Below, in pieces: positions 10,576-21,169 of a stretch of DNA of 64,000 nucleotides (positions are counted from its first letter, which is position 1; each line of letters opens with the position of its first letter). Source of the DNA: Helicobacter pylori PMSS1. Its GTDB lineage: Bacteria; Campylobacterota; Campylobacteria; Campylobacterales; Arcobacteraceae. The notes below the pieces were generated by a model. It made no database searches, was not told where the DNA came from, and saw only the letters and a list, made by a program, of their open reading frames with translations. The position numbers and the translations under genes were made by a program. The DNA lies in contig CAMCYD010000003.1 of the NCBI GenBank assembly GCA_945883785.1, forward strand, positions 1,325-65,324, given 5' to 3'.

Positions 10576-10854
10576 ATGGCAAGAAGTATTAAAAAAGGTC
10601 CATTTGTTGATGCTCATTTATTAAAAAAAGTGGCTAAGGCTATAGAGACTAGTGATAAAAAACCAATTAAAACTTGGTCGAGAAGAAGTACAATTTTACC
10701 AACTATGATAGGATTGACTTTTACTGTTCATAACGGAAGAAATTTTGTTCCAGTAAATGTTACAGAAAATCATATCGGTTATAAATTAGGTGAGTTTGCA
10801 CCAACTAGAACATTTAAGGGACACAAAGGTTCTGTTCAAAGAAAGGTAGGATAA
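10576..10854 (+). CDS. rpsS: 30S ribosomal protein S19
   Basis: [12 protein letters not shown]...HNGR.F.PV. Confidence 0.97.
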   Translation: MARSIKKGPFVDAHLLKKVAKAIETSDKKPIKTWSRRSTILPTMIGLTFTVHNGRNFVPVNVTENHIGYKLGEFAPTRTFKGHKGSVQRKVG

Positions 10855-10857
10855 TCC

Positions 10858-11187
10858 ATGAGTAAAGCAACATTGAAATTTATTAGACTTTCTCCAATTA
10901 AGGCTAGATTAATAGCAAGAGAAGTTCAAGGTATGAATGCTGAAGTAGCTATCGCTTCTTTAGGATTTACTCCAAATAAAGCAGCTGGTATTATCGCAAA
11001 AGTTATAGCTTCAGCTGTTGCTAATGCTGGTCTTGAATCAGAAGATGCAATCGTAACAAGCTGTAGAGTTGACAAAGGTCCAGTTCTTAAGAGATTTACT
11101 CCGCGAGCTAGAGGAAGTGCATCACCTAAACACAGACCTACTGCACATATTTATGTTGAAGTAACGGCAAGAGAAGGAGATAAGTAA
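10858..11187 (+). CDS. rplV: 50S ribosomal protein L22
   Basis: 109 aa, operon position, [14 protein letters not shown]. Confidence 0.96.
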   Translation: MSKATLKFIRLSPIKARLIAREVQGMNAEVAIASLGFTPNKAAGIIAKVIASAVANAGLESEDAIVTSCRVDKGPVLKRFTPRARGSASPKHRPTAHIYVEVTAREGDK

Positions 11188-11891
11188 TGGGTCAAAAAGT
11201 AAATCCAATCGGACTAAGATTAGGGATTAATAGAAACTGGGAAAGCAGATGGTTTCCAAGTTTTGATAAAATGCCTGCTAATATAGCTGAAGATGATAAA
11301 ATCAGAAAATATATTAAAAAAGAACTTTATTATGCTGGAATAGCACAAACTATAATAGAAAGAACTGCAAAAAAAGTGAGAGTTACTATAGTTGCTGCAA
11401 AACCTGGAATCATAATTGGTAAAAAAGGTGCAGATGTTGAAAAGATTAAAACAAATCTTGCTACATTAGTTGGGAAAGAGATTGCTGTAAATATTAAAGA
11501 AGAGAGAAAACCTTTCCTTTCTGCTCAATTAGCTGCTGAAAATGTAGCTCAACAACTTGAAAGAAGGGTTGCATTTAGAAGAGCTATGAAAAGAGTTATG
11601 CAAAATGCTATCAAAGCTGGAGCTAAAGGTATCAAAGTTTCTGTTTCTGGAAGACTTGGTGGAGCTGAAATGGCTAGAACTGAGTGGTATTTGGAAGGAC
11701 GTGTTCCTTTGCATACTTTAAGAGCAAAAATTGATTATGGTTTTGCAGAAGGTCACACAACATATGGTTGTACGGGTATTAAAGTTTGGATATTTAAGGG
11801 TGAAGTTCTTGCAAAAGGGATTCAACCAGAAAAAGCTGAAGATTTTGATAAAAAAAGAAGACCAAGTAAACCACCAAGAAGAGGTAACTAA
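11187..11891 (+). CDS. rpsC: 30S ribosomal protein S3
   Basis: [18 protein letters not shown]... Confidence 0.97.
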   Translation: MGQKVNPIGLRLGINRNWESRWFPSFDKMPANIAEDDKIRKYIKKELYYAGIAQTIIERTAKKVRVTIVAAKPGIIIGKKGADVEKIKTNLATLVGKEIAVNIKEERKPFLSAQLAAENVAQQLERRVAFRRAMKRVMQNAIKAGAKGIKVSVSGRLGGAEMARTEWYLEGRVPLHTLRAKIDYGFAEGHTTYGCTGIKVWIFKGEVLAKGIQPEKAEDFDKKRRPSKPPRRGN

Positions 11892-11893
11892 TT

Positions 11894-12319
11894 ATGTTAA
11901 TGCCTAAAAGAACTAAATTTAGAAAAGTAATGAAAGGTCGAAATAGAGGAAATTCTATGAGAGGGTGCGAACTTTCTTATGGAACTATTGGACTCAAAGC
12001 ATTAGAACACGGAAGAATTGATTCAAGACAAATTGAAGCGGCGAGAATTGCAATGACAAGAAAAGTAAAAAGAACTGGTAAAGTTTGGATTACTGTATTT
12101 CCTGATAAACCTTTAACTGCTAAACCCCTTGAAACTAGGATGGGAAAAGGTAAAGGAAGTGTTGATAAATGGGTTATGAATATCAAGCCAGGTAGAATTT
12201 GTTTTGAAATGGCTGGTGTTGAAGAATCTTTAGCAAGAGAAGCATTAACTTTAGCTCTTCATAAATTACCATTTAAAACAAAAATTATAACATTAGAGGC
12301 ACAAAATGATATATTCTGA
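11894..12319 (+). CDS. rplP: 50S ribosomal protein L16
   Basis: [11 protein letters not shown]... Confidence 0.97.
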   Translation: MLMPKRTKFRKVMKGRNRGNSMRGCELSYGTIGLKALEHGRIDSRQIEAARIAMTRKVKRTGKVWITVFPDKPLTAKPLETRMGKGKGSVDKWVMNIKPGRICFEMAGVEESLAREALTLALHKLPFKTKIITLEAQNDIF

Positions 12320-12497
12320 TTTAAATACAAAAAATTTAGAAGAACTAAAAGCATTATTAAAAGAGAAAAAGGTGTTATTGTTTGAACTTAGAGCAAAGTT
12401 GAAAACAATGCAATTAACTAACACAAGTGAATTAAAGCTAGTTAAAAAAGATATAGCTAGAATTCAAACTGCTATAACTGCAGTTAGTGCAAACTAA
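12306..12497 (+). CDS. rpmC: 50S ribosomal protein L29
   Basis: 63 aa, operon position, overlaps the rplP end. Confidence 0.9.
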   Translation: MIYSDLNTKNLEELKALLKEKKVLLFELRAKLKTMQLTNTSELKLVKKDIARIQTAITAVSAN

Positions 12498-12507
12498 GGA
12501 TAAGAAT

Positions 12508-12762
12508 ATGAATTCACATAAAAGAGAAATTCAAGGTGTTGTGGTTAAAAGATCTGGAGACAAAACGGTTTCTGTACTTGTTACAAGAAAAGTTTTGCAC
12601 CCAAAATACCACAAAACTGTAAAAAGATTCAAAAAATATTTAGTTCATGATGAAAAAAATGAAGTAAATGTTGGTGATACAGTTTCGGCTGTTGAGTGTA
12701 GACCACTATCTAAAACAAAGTCTTTTAGATTAAATACTATAATTTCTGCGGGAGTTAACTAA
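12508..12762 (+). CDS. rpsQ: 30S ribosomal protein S17
   Basis: The ATG at 12508 is preceded by AAGGA, so it is preferred over the ORF-track start at 12487. Sequence [17 protein letters not shown]. Confidence 0.93.
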   Translation: MNSHKREIQGVVVKRSGDKTVSVLVTRKVLHPKYHKTVKRFKKYLVHDEKNEVNVGDTVSAVECRPLSKTKSFRLNTIISAGVN

Positions 12763-13133
12763 TGATTCAAAGTTTTACAAGACTAAATGTAGCTGACAAC
12801 AGTGGTGCTAAAGAAATTATGTGTATTAAAGTTTTAGGTGGTTCTAAAAGAAGATATGCAACAGTTGGTGATGTAATTGTGGCTTCAGTTAAAAAAGCTG
12901 TTCCACATGCTGCTAAAATAAAAAGAGGTCAAGTTGTTAAAGCTGTTATCGTTAGAACTCACAAAGAAGTTCAAAGAGAAAATGGTTCATTAATTAGATT
13001 TGATGACAATGCAGCTGTTATTATAGATGCAAAAAGAGAACCAATTGGAACAAGAATTTTTGGACCAGTTGCTAGAGAAGTTAGATATAGTGGATTTATG
13101 AAAATAGTTTCACTTGCTCCGGAGGTATTATAA
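12762..13133 (+). CDS. rplN: 50S ribosomal protein L14
   Basis: [18 protein letters not shown]... Confidence 0.98.
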   Translation: MIQSFTRLNVADNSGAKEIMCIKVLGGSKRRYATVGDVIVASVKKAVPHAAKIKRGQVVKAVIVRTHKEVQRENGSLIRFDDNAAVIIDAKREPIGTRIFGPVAREVRYSGFMKIVSLAPEVL

Positions 13134-13372
13134 TGGCTACTAAATATAAAATAAAAAAAGGCGATACTGTTAAAATTATCGCTGGTGATGATAAAGGTAA
13201 AGTAAGTGAAGTTTTAGCTGTATTTCCAAAAGCTGGAAAAGTGATTGTAAAAGATTGCAAAATAGCTAAAAAAACTATTAAACCTGATCAAGAAAAAAAC
13301 CCTAATGGTGGTTTTATAAACAAAGAGATGCCAATTGATATCTCTAATGTATCTAAAGTAGAAGGTGAATAA
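13133..13372 (+). CDS. rplX: 50S ribosomal protein L24
   Basis: 79 aa, KOW-like [16 protein letters not shown]. Confidence 0.93.
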   Translation: MATKYKIKKGDTVKIIAGDDKGKVSEVLAVFPKAGKVIVKDCKIAKKTIKPDQEKNPNGGFINKEMPIDISNVSKVEGE

Positions 13373-13373
13373 T

Positions 13374-13922
13374 ATGGCAGCTAGATTATTTGAAAGATAT
13401 AAAAATGAGATTACAACTATTTTGCAATCTGAATTTGCACAAAATAAAATGTTAACTCCTGCTTTAGAGAAAGTAACAATTTCTGTTGGTGCTGGTGAAG
13501 CTATGAAAGATACTAAATTAATGCAAAATATTAATGATACTATCTCTTTAATAGCTGGACAAAAAGCAGTTACTGTAAAATCTAAAAAATCTGTTGCAGG
13601 ATTTAAAGTAAGAGAAGATATGCCTGTAGGTGTCAAAGTAACACTTAGAGGTGAGCAAATGTATCATTTTATGGATAAATTATGTTCTATCGCACTCCCA
13701 AGAGTAAAAGACTTTAGAGGTCTTAATAGAACTGGATTTGATGGTCATGGTAACTTTAACTTTGGTCTTGATGAGCAATTGATGTTTCCTGAAGTTGAAT
13801 ATGATAATATCATTAAAACACATGGAATGAATATTTCTATAACTACTACAACAGATAGTGATGAGCAATCGTTAAGATTGTTAGAACTAATTGGTGTACC
13901 GTTTTCTAAAGGGAGATCATAA
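13374..13922 (+). CDS. rplE: 50S ribosomal protein L5
   Basis: The ATG at 13374 follows GAAGGTG. The ORF-track start at 13365 is a GTG. L5 sequence and operon position. Confidence 0.95.
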   Translation: MAARLFERYKNEITTILQSEFAQNKMLTPALEKVTISVGAGEAMKDTKLMQNINDTISLIAGQKAVTVKSKKSVAGFKVREDMPVGVKVTLRGEQMYHFMDKLCSIALPRVKDFRGLNRTGFDGHGNFNFGLDEQLMFPEVEYDNIIKTHGMNISITTTTDSDEQSLRLLELIGVPFSKGRS

Positions 13923-14107
13923 TGGCAAAGAAAGCTATGATATTAAAAGCAGCAAAACCTGCTAAATTTTCTACTAGAGCTTACACAAGATGTACAATTT
14001 GTGGAAGACCAAGGTCGGTATATAAAGATTTTGGACTTTGTAGAATATGTTTAAGAAAAATGGCTAATGAGGGATTAATTCCTGGAATTAGAAAAGCTAG
14101 TTGGTAA
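13922..14107 (+). CDS. rpsN: 30S ribosomal protein S14, short zinc-binding (type Z) form
   Basis: 61 aa with CTICGRP...CRIC (CxxC-x12-CxxC). Confidence 0.95.
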   Translation: MAKKAMILKAAKPAKFSTRAYTRCTICGRPRSVYKDFGLCRICLRKMANEGLIPGIRKASW

Positions 14108-14140
14108 CAATTAAAATAAAAAAAGAAAGAGGATAAGCCC

Positions 14141-14539
14141 ATGATGAATGATTTAATCGCAGACGCAATAACTCGAATCAGAAATGCTTCTATGAGAAAG
14201 TTAGATTTTACTACCCTAATTCACTCGAATACTGTTGAAGCAGTTATGAATGTATTAAAGCAAAAAAATTACATTGAAAGTTACAATGTAGAAGATATTG
14301 GAAACAATAAAAAATCTTTAAAAGTAATTTTAAAGTATGATGACAATGAAAAAAGTGTTATTAATGAAGTTAAAAGAGTATCTAAGCCTGGAAGAAGAAT
14401 GTATAAAGCCGCTTCTGAACTAAAAAACTTTAAAAATGGATATGGAACAATCGTTGTTTCTACTAACAAAGGTGTTGTAAGCAATGATGAAGCTTATAAA
14501 CTCAATGTTGGTGGCGAACTACTTTGTTCTATATGGTAA
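14141..14539 (+). CDS. rpsH: 30S ribosomal protein S8
   Basis: [14 protein letters not shown]... Confidence 0.96.
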   Translation: MMNDLIADAITRIRNASMRKLDFTTLIHSNTVEAVMNVLKQKNYIESYNVEDIGNNKKSLKVILKYDDNEKSVINEVKRVSKPGRRMYKAASELKNFKNGYGTIVVSTNKGVVSNDEAYKLNVGGELLCSIW

Positions 14540-14549
14540 GGGGTTAATT

Positions 14550-15086
14550 ATGTCAAGAATTGGTAAATTACCTATAGCAATACCAGCTGGTATTGAAGTT
14601 TCAGTAAATGGTTCAGTGGTTGTAATCAAAAAAGATAGCAAAGTTGTTGAGCTTGATACACACAATAGAGTTGGGATAGACATTTTAGAAGGAAATATTG
14701 TTTTCTCTTTAAAAGGTGAAGAGTCTCAAGATAAAGCTTTTTGGGGAACTTATAGATCTTTAACAGCAAATGCAATTGCTGGTTTGGTTACAGGATTTAA
14801 TAAGTCTTTAGAAATTAATGGTGTTGGTTATAAAGCAGCTGTTAAAGGTGATATTTTAGAATTACAACTTGGATACTCTCATCCAATAAATTTTGATATC
14901 CCAGCTGATATTGAAATAAGTGTTGAAAAAAATATAATTAATGTAAAAGGTAGTAGCAAACAACAAGTTGGTCAAGTTGCTGCAATAATTAGAGGCTTTA
15001 GAAAACCAGAACCATACAAAGGTAAAGGTGTTAAGTATACTGATGAGACTATCATTAGAAAAGCCGGAAAAACTTCTAAAAAGTAA
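14550..15086 (+). CDS. rplF: 50S ribosomal protein L6
   Basis: [17 protein letters not shown]. The ATG at 14550 is chosen over the upstream ORF start at 14484, which overlaps rpsH. Confidence 0.96.
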   Translation: MSRIGKLPIAIPAGIEVSVNGSVVVIKKDSKVVELDTHNRVGIDILEGNIVFSLKGEESQDKAFWGTYRSLTANAIAGLVTGFNKSLEINGVGYKAAVKGDILELQLGYSHPINFDIPADIEISVEKNIINVKGSSKQQVGQVAAIIRGFRKPEPYKGKGVKYTDETIIRKAGKTSKK

Positions 15087-15096
15087 GGGTTAAATT

Positions 15097-15456
15097 ATGA
15101 GTAGAATAAAAGACTTAGCGAAAAAAAATGCACTAAGATTGAGAAGAAAAAAAAGAATTAGAGGGAAAATTGATGGAACAGTTGCAAAACCAAGGCTAAC
15201 AGTTTTTAAATCAAATAAATTTTTCTATGCTCAAGCTATCGATGATGTTGCTGGTGTAACACTTGCAGCTGTTGATAGTAGAGCTATGAAACTTAGTGTA
15301 AATAAAGAAAATGTTGTTAAAGTTGGAGCTGCAATGGCTGAAAACTTAAAAGCTAAAAATATCGAAACGGTTGTATTTGATAAAAATGGTTACTTGTATC
15401 ATGGTGTAATTGCGAGCTTCGCTGATGCACTAAGAGACAATGGAATCAGAGTATAA
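15097..15456 (+). CDS. rplR: 50S ribosomal protein L18
   Basis: 119 aa, operon position, typical C-terminus DGYLYHG...ADALRDNGI. Confidence 0.95.
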   Translation: MSRIKDLAKKNALRLRRKKRIRGKIDGTVAKPRLTVFKSNKFFYAQAIDDVAGVTLAAVDSRAMKLSVNKENVVKVGAAMAENLKAKNIETVVFDKNGYLYHGVIASFADALRDNGIRV

Positions 15457-15463
15457 GGGGCTA

Positions 15464-15910
15464 ATGATGGCTGTAGTTAATAGAGAAGATTTCGAAGAAG
15501 CTATCGTTAAGATAGGAAGAGTTACAAAAGTTGTTAAGGGTGGTAGAAGATTTAGATTTACTGCACTTGTTGTTGTTGGAGATAAAAAAGGTACTGTAGG
15601 ATTTGGAACTGGTAAAGCAAAAGAAGTTCCTGATGCTATTAAAAAAGCTCTTGATGATGCTTTTAAATCTCTGATAAAAGTTAATATCAAAGGTACAACA
15701 ATTAACCATGATATTGAACATAAATATAATGCGAGTAGAATATTACTTAAACCTGCATCTGAAGGAACTGGGCTAATCGCTGGTGGAGCTGCTAGACCTG
15801 TTCTTGAATTAGTTGGTATCAAAGATATTATTGCTAAATCATTGGGTTCAAATAACCCAAATAATTTGGTTCAAGCTACTATTCAAGCATTAGCTATGAT
15901 AAAAGGATAG
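15464..15910 (+). CDS. rpsE: 30S ribosomal protein S5
   Basis: [24 protein letters not shown]. The ATG at 15464 follows AAGGGG. The ORF-track start at 15440 overlaps rplR. Confidence 0.95.
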   Translation: MMAVVNREDFEEAIVKIGRVTKVVKGGRRFRFTALVVVGDKKGTVGFGTGKAKEVPDAIKKALDDAFKSLIKVNIKGTTINHDIEHKYNASRILLKPASEGTGLIAGGAARPVLELVGIKDIIAKSLGSNNPNNLVQATIQALAMIKG

Positions 15911-15914
15911 AAAA

Positions 15915-16319
15915 ATGTCAATATTACAAGATTTAAGTCCTGCTACTGGAAGTACTAAAAATACTAAAAGAGTAGGAAGGGGGCATGCTACTGGGAATGG
16001 TAAAACTGCTGGAAAAGGTAACAAAGGACAAAAAGCCAGAAGTGGATATTCAATCAAAAGAGGATTCGAAGGTGGACAACAACCGCTTCACAGAAGACTT
16101 CCTAAAGTTGGATTTACATCTAGAGTTATAAAACCTATGACTATCAATGTTGATAAAGTTACGAAAATTGCTGAATTACCTGAAATTACTATGGATTCTA
16201 TAAAAGAAGTTTATAGAATTTCGAGTACTGTTGTAAGAGTTAAATTAATTGGATTAGGCGCTAAAAATTTGGCATCTAAAATCAAAGATGAAAAAATAAC
16301 TGTTACTGCTGGTAAATAA
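15915..16319 (+). CDS. rplO: 50S ribosomal protein L15
   Basis: Sequence ([24 protein letters not shown]). It follows rpsE after a 4-nt gap, so no L30 gene lies between them. Confidence 0.95.
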   Translation: MSILQDLSPATGSTKNTKRVGRGHATGNGKTAGKGNKGQKARSGYSIKRGFEGGQQPLHRRLPKVGFTSRVIKPMTINVDKVTKIAELPEITMDSIKEVYRISSTVVRVKLIGLGAKNLASKIKDEKITVTAGK

Positions 16320-16321
16320 TT

Positions 16322-17584
16322 GTGAATAAAGACTTATTAAATAAAATCTTAATAACTCTAGGATTTATTTTAATATACAGAATGCTGGCTTATGTGCCGG
16401 TTCCTGGTGTCGATCTTGATGTAATTAAAGAGTTCTTCGATACAAATTCTAATAATGCACTCGGACTTGCTAATATGTTTAGTGGGAATGCGGTTGAGCG
16501 AATGAGTATTATTTCTCTAGGTATTATGCCTTACATCACAGCTTCTATTATTATGGAGTTGCTTGCTGCTACTTTTCCATCTCTTGGTAAAATGAAAAAA
16601 GAGAGAGATGGAATGCAAAAATATATGCAAATTATCAGATATGCTACTATTGTTATTACTATAATTCAAGCTATTGGTGTTTCTATGGGATTAAATTCAT
16701 TAACTGGTAAAACAGGTGCAAGTGCAATTATGTTAGACCTGAATACTTTTATTTTTATAGCTACTATATCAATGCTTACTGGAACGATGCTTCTTATGTG
16801 GATTGGCGAACAAATCACACAAAGAGGAATTGGAAACGGTATTAGTTTAATTATATTTGCAGGAATAGTATCTGCCATACCTGGTGCTATAAGTGGTACA
16901 GTTCAATTGGTAAACAACGGTCAAATGAATTTCTTAACAGTTATTGCTTTGTTAGTAATAATACTTGCAACTGTTGGATTCATTATTTATGTTGAATTAG
17001 CTGAGAGAAGGGTTCCTATAACTTATAGCAAAAAAGTAATTATGGAAAATCAATCAAAAAGAATTATGAATTATATTCCTATAAAAGTAAATCTTAGTGG
17101 TGTTATTCCAGTTATTTTTGCAAGTGCAATTTTAATGTTTCCTTCAACAATATTGCAAGGTAGTCAAAATCCTTATGTTATGGTTATAGCAGATTATTTA
17201 AATCCGCATAGTTATACATTTAACCTTTTGACTTTTCTTTTTGTTGTATTTTTTGCATATTTTTATGCTTCAATTACTTTCAATGCGAAAGATATTAGTG
17301 AAAATTTAAAAAGACAAGGTGGTTTTATCCCTGGTATTAGAACTGGTGATACTACAAAAGACTTTTTAAATGAAACTGCAAGTAGATTGACATTTTGGGG
17401 TTCTTTATATTTAGGTGCTGTTGCAACTGTTCCTTGGCTTATTGTTAAAGCTATGGGTGTGCCATTTTTCTTTGGTGGGGTTGCTGTTATGATTGTTGTT
17501 CAAGTTGCTATTGATACTATGAGAAAGATAGAAGCACAACAATATATGAATAAATATAAAACTTTAAGTGCCGTAGGTTTATAA
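16322..17584 (+). CDS. secY: preprotein translocase subunit SecY
   Basis: 420 aa polytopic membrane protein at the conserved position. GTG start. Confidence 0.97.
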   Translation: MNKDLLNKILITLGFILIYRMLAYVPVPGVDLDVIKEFFDTNSNNALGLANMFSGNAVERMSIISLGIMPYITASIIMELLAATFPSLGKMKKERDGMQKYMQIIRYATIVITIIQAIGVSMGLNSLTGKTGASAIMLDLNTFIFIATISMLTGTMLLMWIGEQITQRGIGNGISLIIFAGIVSAIPGAISGTVQLVNNGQMNFLTVIALLVIILATVGFIIYVELAERRVPITYSKKVIMENQSKRIMNYIPIKVNLSGVIPVIFASAILMFPSTILQGSQNPYVMVIADYLNPHSYTFNLLTFLFVVFFAYFYASITFNAKDISENLKRQGGFIPGIRTGDTTKDFLNETASRLTFWGSLYLGAVATVPWLIVKAMGVPFFFGGVAVMIVVQVAIDTMRKIEAQQYMNKYKTLSAVGL

Positions 17585-17587
17585 ATC

Positions 17588-18349
17588 TTGGCGATACCTT
17601 TACGAAAAACAAACGAAATAGAAAAGCTTCGAATCGCAGGAAGTGCGGTTGCGAAGACTCTTTCTTACTTAAGCGAAAATGTAAAATCTGGAATGACTCT
17701 ATTAGATGTTGATAAAATTGGTGAAGCGTATTTAAATAGTTTAGGTGCGAGAGCTGCATTTAAAGGACTTTATGGTTTTCCGAATGCGATTTGTACATCT
17801 CTTAATGAAGTTATAATACATGGTGTTCCAACAAATCAGGTGCTCAAAGATGGTGATATTTTAGGTATTGATATTGGAAGTGAAATTGATGGATGGTATG
17901 GTGATGCCGCTATTACAATACCAATAGGTAAAATATCAAAAGAAGATGAGGAGCTTATATCTTGTAGTAAAGATGCACTTTATTATGCGATTAGCATTAT
18001 TAAAGATGGTATGAGATTTAAAGAACTTAGTTATGCTTTAGAAAAGTTTATTACTAAAAAAGGTTATGTGCCGCTTGTTAGATTTTGTGGACACGGGATA
18101 GGAAGAGAAGCTCATTGTGATCCGGAGATCCCAAATTATCTTGAAGGAAACAATCCAAAACAAGGTCCTAAAATAAAAAATGGGATGGTGTTTTGTATTG
18201 AGCCTATGATATGTCAAAAAGATGATGAACCAGAGATAGATAAAATTGATAAGTGGTCAGTAAGAAGTCGTGATGGTCTTCGAACAAGTCACTATGAACA
18301 CCAAGTTGCTATTGTGAATGGCAAAGCCGAAATTTTAACAAAAATTTAA
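17588..18349 (+). CDS. map: type I methionine aminopeptidase
   Basis: Metal-ligand context GDILGIDIG...DGWYGDAA...GHGIG...FCIEP...YEHQV. TTG start. No adk lies between secY and map. Confidence 0.94.
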   Translation: MAIPLRKTNEIEKLRIAGSAVAKTLSYLSENVKSGMTLLDVDKIGEAYLNSLGARAAFKGLYGFPNAICTSLNEVIIHGVPTNQVLKDGDILGIDIGSEIDGWYGDAAITIPIGKISKEDEELISCSKDALYYAISIIKDGMRFKELSYALEKFITKKGYVPLVRFCGHGIGREAHCDPEIPNYLEGNNPKQGPKIKNGMVFCIEPMICQKDDEPEIDKIDKWSVRSRDGLRTSHYEHQVAIVNGKAEILTKI

Positions 18350-18360
18350 AAAGGAAAAAA

Positions 18361-18579
18361 ATGGCAAAAGATGATGTAATCGTTATTGACGGTAAAGTTG
18401 TAGAAGTATTACCAAATGCAACATTTAGAGTAGAGCTTGAAAACGGGCATATTGTTTTATGTCACATATCGGGCAAGATGAGAATGCACTATATTAAGAT
18501 ATTACTAAGTGATACAGTGAGAGTAGAGATTACACCTTATTCACTTGATAAAGGTAGAATTACTCATAGATATAAGTAG
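18361..18579 (+). CDS. infA: translation initiation factor IF-1
   Basis: [30 protein letters not shown]... Confidence 0.98.
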   Translation: MAKDDVIVIDGKVVEVLPNATFRVELENGHIVLCHISGKMRMHYIKILLSDTVRVEITPYSLDKGRITHRYK

Positions 18580-18585
18580 TTTATT

Positions 18586-18610
18586 TGGGTATTTAATATT
18601 TTGATACCCA
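18586..18610. terminator. hairpin between convergent infA and the 86-aa ORF
   Basis: TGGGTAT-11 nt-ATACCCA, flanked by T-rich and A-rich runs on both sides. Confidence 0.4.
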
Positions 18611-18621
18611 GTAGATTTATT

Positions 18622-18882
18622 TTATGCAGCATCCATAAGAGATAAATTTATGAATTTACTCTTATTTTGTTTCCCGCAAAAGTAAATAAGTACAAATTTA
18701 TCCCAACCGAATTCATAAGCCATATTATAAATATATTCTTTATCTTGAATATTATCTAAGTAATGTAAATCATATTCTCCATCAGATGAAACCATAACGC
18801 CCTCATACCCATTGGCTCTTGCTAGTGAAATTTCTTCTGAATATTGGTTTTCTATTCTTATTAAGATTTTTGTTATTGACAT
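18622..18882 (-). CDS. hypothetical 86-aa protein, apparently co-transcribed with the upstream MCP gene
   Basis: GGAGA lies 6 nt upstream of the ATG, and the ATG lies 24 nt downstream of the MCP stop. I recognise no family. Confidence 0.6.
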   Translation of the reverse strand: MSITKILIRIENQYSEEISLARANGYEGVMVSSDGEYDLHYLDNIQDKEYIYNMAYEFGWDKFVLIYFCGKQNKSKFINLSLMDAA

Positions 18883-18906
18883 CCATTGTCTCCAGTTAGA
18901 TTAATT

Positions 18907-21057
18907 TTAATTTTGTAGTTCACAATTAAGTACTTTAATATCATTTAATGTATCAAATAATCCTAGAGTACTTCGTTCAATTTCTGCTGCAATTTTTCTG
19001 AGTTCTAAATTATTTGTTCTTTCATGATTTTTATCAATATACAATTGAACACCATGATGTACTTTAGTGTGGACAGTTTTTAATTCCTGCCATTCTTTAG
19101 ATTTTGTTATTGGAAGTGAATTTTTTTCACACTCATCAATCCATTTTCCCATATTACATTGATGCTCATTTGTTACAGTCCATTTTCCATAAGTACCTAA
19201 TTTTTGAAAATTTGACATTTTAAAAGTAACATGATCATTTTTTAATTGAGAAGTTTTATATACTAAGTCAACATCACATACTTGTTTTTTGATTCTAGGA
19301 TTAAATTTTGCATTGGATGCCACTGCTATCAAATCACTTGATAGATTAGCTATTGACAAAGATAAATTTGCAATATGTTGGGAATTTTGCGCATTAATTT
19401 GTGTGTTTCTATCGAGTATAGTGATGGCATTATTAATTTGTTCGATTCCTATCTGTTGCTCTTTACTGGCTGTTGAAACTTGCCCAATAACTTGAATTGT
19501 ATCAGCTATATTTTTGGATAATACTTCATATCCATTACTCATATGGGCAGCTATTTGTTTCCCCTCATTGGTTTTATTTGTTGCATTTTGAACAAGTTTT
19601 TTTATTTCATTTGCAGCATCGGCACTTCTTGTCGCAAGATTTCGTACTTCTTGTGCAACAACGGCAAATCCTTTGCCTGCTTCACCAGCGGTCGCCGCTT
19701 CTACTGCTGCATTTAAAGATAAGATATTTGTTTGAAATGCTATTTGGTCGATTATTGTTATCGCTTTATGAATATCCAATACCTGTGTATTTATTTCATC
19801 CATAGAAATTGCAGTTTGCTCAGCTAGTTTTTTCCCACTATTTGAAGACTTGAAGAGTTCCTCAGCATATGTGGACATGGATACAACATTAGCAGTATTT
19901 CCTTTGATATTTTCTGTTATCTCTTCTAAAGCAGCAGCTGTTTCTTCAAGAGAAACTGCTTGAGAATTTGAAGCATTTGAAAGTTCTGTGGCACTGTTAC
20001 TTAAAGTGTTTGTATCTATTTTTAACTTATCACCTGTATTTATAATCATTGCCAAAAATTCTGCGACATTATTCCCTATGAGTTTTGTACTTGCAACCAA
20101 TGAACCAAAATCACCATAAAGCCCACTATCATCTTTTTTTGAAATAGTATAGTCAAAGTTGTATTTTCCATATTCTGCAAGAGCATTATTGATAATATCA
20201 AACTTCATTTTTGTCTCATCAAGCATTTTATTAACATTGATAATCAAATCTTTCACATAGGATGAAGTGTTATTATGATGAGGAATTTTATACCCATAAA
20301 ATCCATTTGTAACTTTTTGTAAAACATCATTTGTTTCTTCTAAAACCTCTTTATTATGATGGATAAGTCTAATATTTTGCATTACATTTTTATTTATATG
20401 TTCGGCTATTTCAGCTATTTCATCTTCTGTATCTATTTTCAGTTCATCATCGAGATTTCTATCATCGTTTTTGATATTAAAAAACCCTATGATTTGTTGT
20501 AAGCTTTTTGATAAATTTCTAGAAATATAAGTTGCAATAAATACTATAATACAAAGAATAAGTATACTAATAACTAAAACAGTATAAAAAAATCTATTTG
20601 CTTGTTGTGTTATATGTGTGGTTATTTTTTCACTTACGATATTCAAATCAGTGACAGTTTTGTCAAATTTCTTATTTACATCTTCTTTGAGTATTTCAGA
20701 ATAACGACTTTGAAGATTATGATATGAAAGTTTTGTTTCTTTGAGTGACAGTGTTAAATTATCCAATTCATTGTTTGAAAAGAAGTAACAATTATCAATT
20801 TTTTTACTAAGTTCCTCAACTCTAGCAATACTTACATTATATTTCTTATCAAAAATATTTTTATCTATTTCATAGGTTGCAACCGTCTTGAGAGCTGTGA
20901 TTTCAGTTTTTAGTGCATCTAATCCCTGATTGATGTTTTTATGATTCTCATTTATTTTGTTACTTATCACAACCAATAAAATCAAAATGAGAAAACCGAG
21001 TGTGGTTAAAAATGTTAATGTGGCAAGTTTGCCTTTTACAGTTTTGAAAGATTTCAT
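18907..21057 (-). CDS. transmembrane methyl-accepting chemotaxis protein with C-terminal CZB (chemoreceptor zinc-binding) domain
   Basis: Two TM segments flank a periplasmic domain of roughly 130 aa. The MCP signalling hairpin is present ([37 protein letters not shown]). The C-terminus carries the CZB pattern HVTF...CNMGKW...HTKVH. The ATG at 21057 follows AAGGA and is preferred over the ORF start at 21093. Confidence 0.9.
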   Translation of the reverse strand: MKSFKTVKGKLATLTFLTTLGFLILILLVVISNKINENHKNINQGLDALKTEITALKTVATYEIDKNIFDKKYNVSIARVEELSKKIDNCYFFSNNELDNLTLSLKETKLSYHNLQSRYSEILKEDVNKKFDKTVTDLNIVSEKITTHITQQANRFFYTVLVISILILCIIVFIATYISRNLSKSLQQIIGFFNIKNDDRNLDDELKIDTEDEIAEIAEHINKNVMQNIRLIHHNKEVLEETNDVLQKVTNGFYGYKIPHHNNTSSYVKDLIINVNKMLDETKMKFDIINNALAEYGKYNFDYTISKKDDSGLYGDFGSLVASTKLIGNNVAEFLAMIINTGDKLKIDTNTLSNSATELSNASNSQAVSLEETAAALEEITENIKGNTANVVSMSTYAEELFKSSNSGKKLAEQTAISMDEINTQVLDIHKAITIIDQIAFQTNILSLNAAVEAATAGEAGKGFAVVAQEVRNLATRSADAANEIKKLVQNATNKTNEGKQIAAHMSNGYEVLSKNIADTIQVIGQVSTASKEQQIGIEQINNAITILDRNTQINAQNSQHIANLSLSIANLSSDLIAVASNAKFNPRIKKQVCDVDLVYKTSQLKNDHVTFKMSNFQKLGTYGKWTVTNEHQCNMGKWIDECEKNSLPITKSKEWQELKTVHTKVHHGVQLYIDKNHERTNNLELRKIAAEIERSTLGLFDTLNDIKVLNCELQN

Positions 21058-21169
21058 ATGAGTCCTTATGTTAAATTTAAACAAATTTAACATAAAGGTA
21101 TTACTTTACGATTACGAATAAGTTACATTTTGTTATTAAACATTATATGTATTTATTAGAATTATAATT

